From Nitrospirota bacterium (lineage in GTDB: Bacteria > Nitrospirota > Thermodesulfovibrionia > Thermodesulfovibrionales > SM23-35): a stretch of DNA of 64,000 bases. Shown in pieces: positions 60,950-64,000 of the stretch. The stretch covers positions 1,951 through 65,950 of the forward strand of contig CAWCKM010000018.1 in the NCBI GenBank assembly GCA_963796125.1. Direction: 5' to 3'. Position 1 is the first letter of the stretch, and each line of letters begins with the position of its first letter. Under the pieces are notes generated by a model that saw only the letters and a program-made list of their open reading frames with translations, was not told the DNA's origin and did no database searches. Position numbers and translations under genes: made by a program.

Positions 60950-61063
60950 TTACGGGTTTTTTGGTTGTTGCTTATCCTGCTTCTTTTTTGTATCTTGTTC
61001 CTGTTTTTTTATCTTCTGTTTCTGTGTCTTATTCTTGTCCTTCTTGCCACCTTTGTCTCCCAT
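60950..61063 (-). CDS. 37-aa lysine-rich ORF
   Basis: RBS AAGGGAGGA, then MGDKGGKKDKNKTQKQKIKKQEQDTKKKQDKQQPKNP. Below the track cutoff. Coding status is uncertain. Confidence 0.3.
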   Translation of the reverse strand: MGDKGGKKDKNKTQKQKIKKQEQDTKKKQDKQQPKNP

Positions 61064-61410
61064 TGTGTGTATCCTCCCTTTTTATCAGTCAACTTCTCGC
61101 CGTGAGGAGCGCTACCGCCTCGCCAGTTCTGGCTTTGCGTATCTTGATTGCACCGGAGGCCAACCAGTAATTATATAGTTTATATCTCCAGAAATCTTAT
61201 CATACTTGCTTGTTTTTTTCAGAAAATCTATGGTTTTAACTGTATATCATGAGTTTTAGGATGTTAGTCAGAAACTGGATAATCACACTTATAAATTCGT
61301 AAACGGTTCGCGATTACCAAAATAAATGCGCAGCCTTGAAAGCAGCCGCAAAGGGGCAGACTTCAGGACGTACCAAACGTAGATCTGGAAACCGTCCGGC
61401 ATGCGCAGTG

Positions 61411-61560
61411 CTATGTGTTAATGACAGAAAGCCCTTCATACTTACGGTGTGAAACATAGCCTCAGATAGGGTAAGATTGTAAAGAGTCCAGAAAAGCCTT
61501 GGGGATTTGGCAAAGGGTCTGTAACTCTTAATAGGTTGGGAGGAGTAAACAAAAGAGGAA
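61411..61560. repeat. direct repeat copy B flanking the CDF segment
   Basis: CTATGTGTTAATGACAGAAAG...ACTTACGGTGTGAAACATAGCCTCA...GGTAAGATTGTAAAGAGTCCAGAAAAGCCTTGGGGATTTGGCAAAGGG...(17-nt extra)...GAGTAAACAAAAGAGG. Confidence 0.75.
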
Positions 61561-61596
61561 ATGTATGAAAAATTTCCCCCCTGAAGGAACTGTGAG

Positions 61597-62160
61597 TTGA
61601 GTAATAGAGTATGTCCCTGGTGGTTAGGCTTCTTACTGGCAAGTCCTTTGAGGCGGTTTTTATACTCTCCTGAAGACATTTTAAAACCACATGTAAGGGA
61701 AGGAATGAATGTCCTGGATGTTGGATGTGGAATGGGTTTTTTTTCTTTACCAATTGCGAGGCTGGTTGGTGAAACAGGCAGAGTTGTATGTGTTGATTTA
61801 CAAGCAAGAATGATTAAAGGCCTTCTCAGGCGATCTAAAAAAGCCGGGCTGTTAGACAGAATCGATGCGCGCATATGTCAGAAGAATTCTCTCATGTTAC
61901 ATGATATTGCAGGAAAGATCGATTTCGCTCTGGCCTTTGCGGTTGTCCATGAGGCGCCTGATAAAGAACGGTTGTTGTCGGAAATACGGCACACAATGAA
62001 AGAGGTAGGTAAGCTCTTGATTGTCGAACCAAAAATGCATGTGTCAAAGGCTGCTTTTGACAAAACCATATCCATCGCCCGAAGCGTGGGTTTTGAAGTA
62101 ATCAATGACCTGGCAATACGACGAAGTTATGCTATGTTGTTGGGCAAAAAGCAGGATTAA
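61597..62160 (+). CDS. class I SAM-dependent methyltransferase
   Basis: CPWWLGFLLASPLRR..., VLDVGCGMGFFS (motif I), VVCVDLQ. The start codon is uncertain (TTG at 61597). Confidence 0.8.
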   Translation: MSNRVCPWWLGFLLASPLRRFLYSPEDILKPHVREGMNVLDVGCGMGFFSLPIARLVGETGRVVCVDLQARMIKGLLRRSKKAGLLDRIDARICQKNSLMLHDIAGKIDFALAFAVVHEAPDKERLLSEIRHTMKEVGKLLIVEPKMHVSKAAFDKTISIARSVGFEVINDLAIRRSYAMLLGKKQD

Positions 62161-62181
62161 ATTTTGGACACCGGATTCAGA

Positions 62182-63453
62182 TCATGCGAAGCGCGCCTTT
62201 ATAGCATCTACAACCCTGTATTTCCATGACCATATACCAAGCTCGGTGCATGGTGAGAGAAGTGAATCCCTGCCAATGATATATCGATTTCCTCTCCACA
62301 CAACTGTATTACTGATAATCGGAATAAACCAGATGATGCCTGCAATGAGGTCTTTTACCGGTGACAGGAGGTATAGGAGGGGGTTCATCCCTGCTTTTAT
62401 TTTTCTGCCGATATAGAAATCACCTGTGACTTTTACACAACTCACCAAAAGGGCAAATAATCCCGTGAGTTTCGAAGGTTCATAGAGAAAGAGAGGAAAA
62501 CAAGACATGAATACAGCATTGCTGATTAGTTCAGAAAAATACCTGAACCCACCGATTTTCCACCTGAGTTTTCCCCATCTTGTATGTCTGTTCAGGAATT
62601 TCTTAAATCCCCAGTATTGGTTCACATTATTGATAAAATAGTTTGATACAAAAACTCTCTTGCCCCTTTTGTGCATCTTTTTTCCCATGACGTAATCTTC
62701 AGCAAGTACATCCTTGACGGACCGAAACCCTCCAATTGCCAGAAGGTCTTCTTTCCTCATAAGCATGGACTTGCCGACAACACAGGGCATCTTGAGAAAC
62801 CGGTCCAGAAAGCAGATACTTCCCATGATAAAGGTGTTCAGGTGGAGGTTCTCGAATACCGAGCCGAGCGTTCTGCCACCGACTCCCCGTATCAGATTGG
62901 TTACAAGACCAATATCAGGGTTACTAAAATGTTTCGCAATTTCTCTGAGATAATTTCTTCCAACCAAGACATTGCTGTCGCTGATGAGTATAAGTTCGTA
63001 TTTTGCTATCCGGTATGCAGTGATAAGGTTATTCACCTTTGGGTTGAGGCCGGCCTTGCACTGTTCGACGATAAGAGAAATATCTTTCTCAGGATATTTC
63101 TCTTTTATTTTTCTTGCCACTTTATAAGCAGGATCATTGTGGTCCTGAAGAGAAAAGATAATTTCATATTCAGGATAGTCCTGCACACAAAAGCTTTCAA
63201 GGTTATCGAATAAATTATCATCGAGCCCTTTCAAAGGTTTTAATATTGAGACGGAGACGCAGTGACACTGGGACACAGTGTCTTCGTGTCGCCGTTTCTC
63301 TGTCTCTCTCAAGTAAGAACGGACTGCAAGTATCTGAAGTCCATATCCTATAAGCCCGAAAACCGTTAAGCCTGCAAAAATCCAAAATACAACCATTTCT
63401 CCTCCTAATTTCTGAACAACGTTATTGCGACCCCTTTGTTCTGTCTTATGCAC
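62182..63453 (-). CDS. GT2/GT21-family glycosyltransferase (ceramide-glucosyltransferase-like)
   Basis: VSILKPLKGLDDNL, LISDSNV, LAEDY, and the (Q/R)xxRW-type motif NRHTRWGKLRW. N- and C-terminal TM segments. Confidence 0.75.
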   Translation of the reverse strand: MHKTEQRGRNNVVQKLGGEMVVFWIFAGLTVFGLIGYGLQILAVRSYLRETEKRRHEDTVSQCHCVSVSILKPLKGLDDNLFDNLESFCVQDYPEYEIIFSLQDHNDPAYKVARKIKEKYPEKDISLIVEQCKAGLNPKVNNLITAYRIAKYELILISDSNVLVGRNYLREIAKHFSNPDIGLVTNLIRGVGGRTLGSVFENLHLNTFIMGSICFLDRFLKMPCVVGKSMLMRKEDLLAIGGFRSVKDVLAEDYVMGKKMHKRGKRVFVSNYFINNVNQYWGFKKFLNRHTRWGKLRWKIGGFRYFSELISNAVFMSCFPLFLYEPSKLTGLFALLVSCVKVTGDFYIGRKIKAGMNPLLYLLSPVKDLIAGIIWFIPIISNTVVWRGNRYIIGRDSLLSPCTELGIWSWKYRVVDAIKARFA

Positions 63454-64000
63454 TGCTTTACTGCTTCAACATTCTTTTCACAATTCAAAAGGGTTTTCCA
63501 TGAATAGATATGTCTTACTCTGTGGAAATCACTGTTTGCTAAATAAGGATATTTTTTAAGGCTTACGACACTAAAGACATCGTCCCTGTTTGCTATCTCC
63601 CAGGCGTCTATGTATTTGGCATACTTCTCCCTGTTATTCCAGAGGAAAAGTGTATCCCTGTTTGTCAGCTCCTTTGAGGCGGTATGGTGGGGATGACATG
63701 CCACGATCAGAGAATCCTGCTGCTTCGCAGTAAGAAATATCTTCTCATATCCCCAGCAGGCAGAAATAAACTCCTTTATATCAAGGATGAGGATGTGGGC
63801 TGACTTATCAGAAGACAGGTGATTCTTGCTGATCTCCACGCCAGGGACTACAAGCATCCCGTATTTGGTCCAGGCTCTTTCAGCTTCCTCTCTTATATGA
63901 CCGACATATTCTTCAAAATTATCTGCAGTAACAGAAAATCTAAATCTGTTGACAAGCTTTCCAAAGGTGTTATCCCCGTTAACGACATGGTCTGTTATTG
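63405..64000 (-). CDS. PHP-domain phosphoesterase-like protein (5' end runs off the window)
   Basis: ...ITDHVVNGDN... at the window edge, VPGVEIS, ACHPHH. Partial. Confidence 0.55.
   Translation of the reverse strand, partial: ITDHVVNGDNTFGKLVNRFRFSVTADNFEEYVGHIREEAERAWTKYGMLVVPGVEISKNHLSSDKSAHILILDIKEFISACWGYEKIFLTAKQQDSLIVACHPHHTASKELTNRDTLFLWNNREKYAKYIDAWEIANRDDVFSVVSLKKYPYLANSDFHRVRHIYSWKTLLNCEKNVEAVKQCIRQNKGVAITLFRN

Noticed and set aside
60918-61178. Plus-strand pyrimidine-rich ORFs (60918.., 60961..) as membrane proteins
   Set aside because: They are a low-complexity CT-rich translation, antisense to a better-supported RBS-preceded lysine-rich minus-strand ORF. They are probably non-coding.
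59570-61560. Calling the paired 140-bp repeats a known riboswitch (NiCo/czcD, Mn, SAM/SAH, cobalamin, TPP)
   Set aside because: I could not find the conserved cores of any of these classes. One of the two predicted stems is not maintained between copies, and copy A has no downstream gene on its strand. I kept it only as an unexplained repeat.

Overview
This 64 kb window is AT-rich bacterial chromosome, probably from an uncultured anaerobe. That guess rests on a rubrerythrin/rubredoxin operon and several multihaem c-type cytochromes; taxonomy cannot be fixed from the sequence alone.

About 80% is ordinary housekeeping:
- valS, argS, nadC, nadE, rsmI, ilvE and guaB-guaA
- ispA-dxs-tlyA
- a polyamine cluster (PLP decarboxylase plus two speE genes)
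- rtcB-archease, hemL and pstSCAB-phoU-phoU
- an ECF sigma/anti-sigma pair

Four things stand out.

1. An accessory island lies at about 34.6-43.8 kb. Unrelated minus-strand genes are separated by short imperfect AAC...GTT palindromes that share a CAGCGG/CCGCT inner box. This is the architecture of integron attC sites, but no integrase is visible, so the island resembles a CALIN (cluster of attC sites lacking an integron integrase).
   - Its cargo looks defence-related: an MNT nucleotidyltransferase, a roughly 565-aa orphan protein with an R-x5-H tail, and a COG4271 TIR-like protein.
   - It also carries a translationally coupled three-gene cassette: a 37-aa ORF, a protein built from near-identical 34-aa (102-bp) tandem repeats, and a TIR/nucleoside-deoxyribosyltransferase-like protein. 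This is my best candidate for an undescribed system.
   - Two IS elements (IS66-family and IS30-family) have inserted into the island.
2. Two families of miniature hairpin repeats are scattered through the window. Copies sit inside the coding sequences of ispA, archease and the anti-sigma factor.
3. A higher-GC CDF transporter segment is bracketed by direct repeats of about 140 bp.
4. Many essential genes are frame-broken. The two breaks I traced base by base are single-base changes in homopolymer runs. I therefore read most frameshifts as assembly errors, not real pseudogenes.

I recognised no rRNA gene, tRNA gene or CRISPR array.
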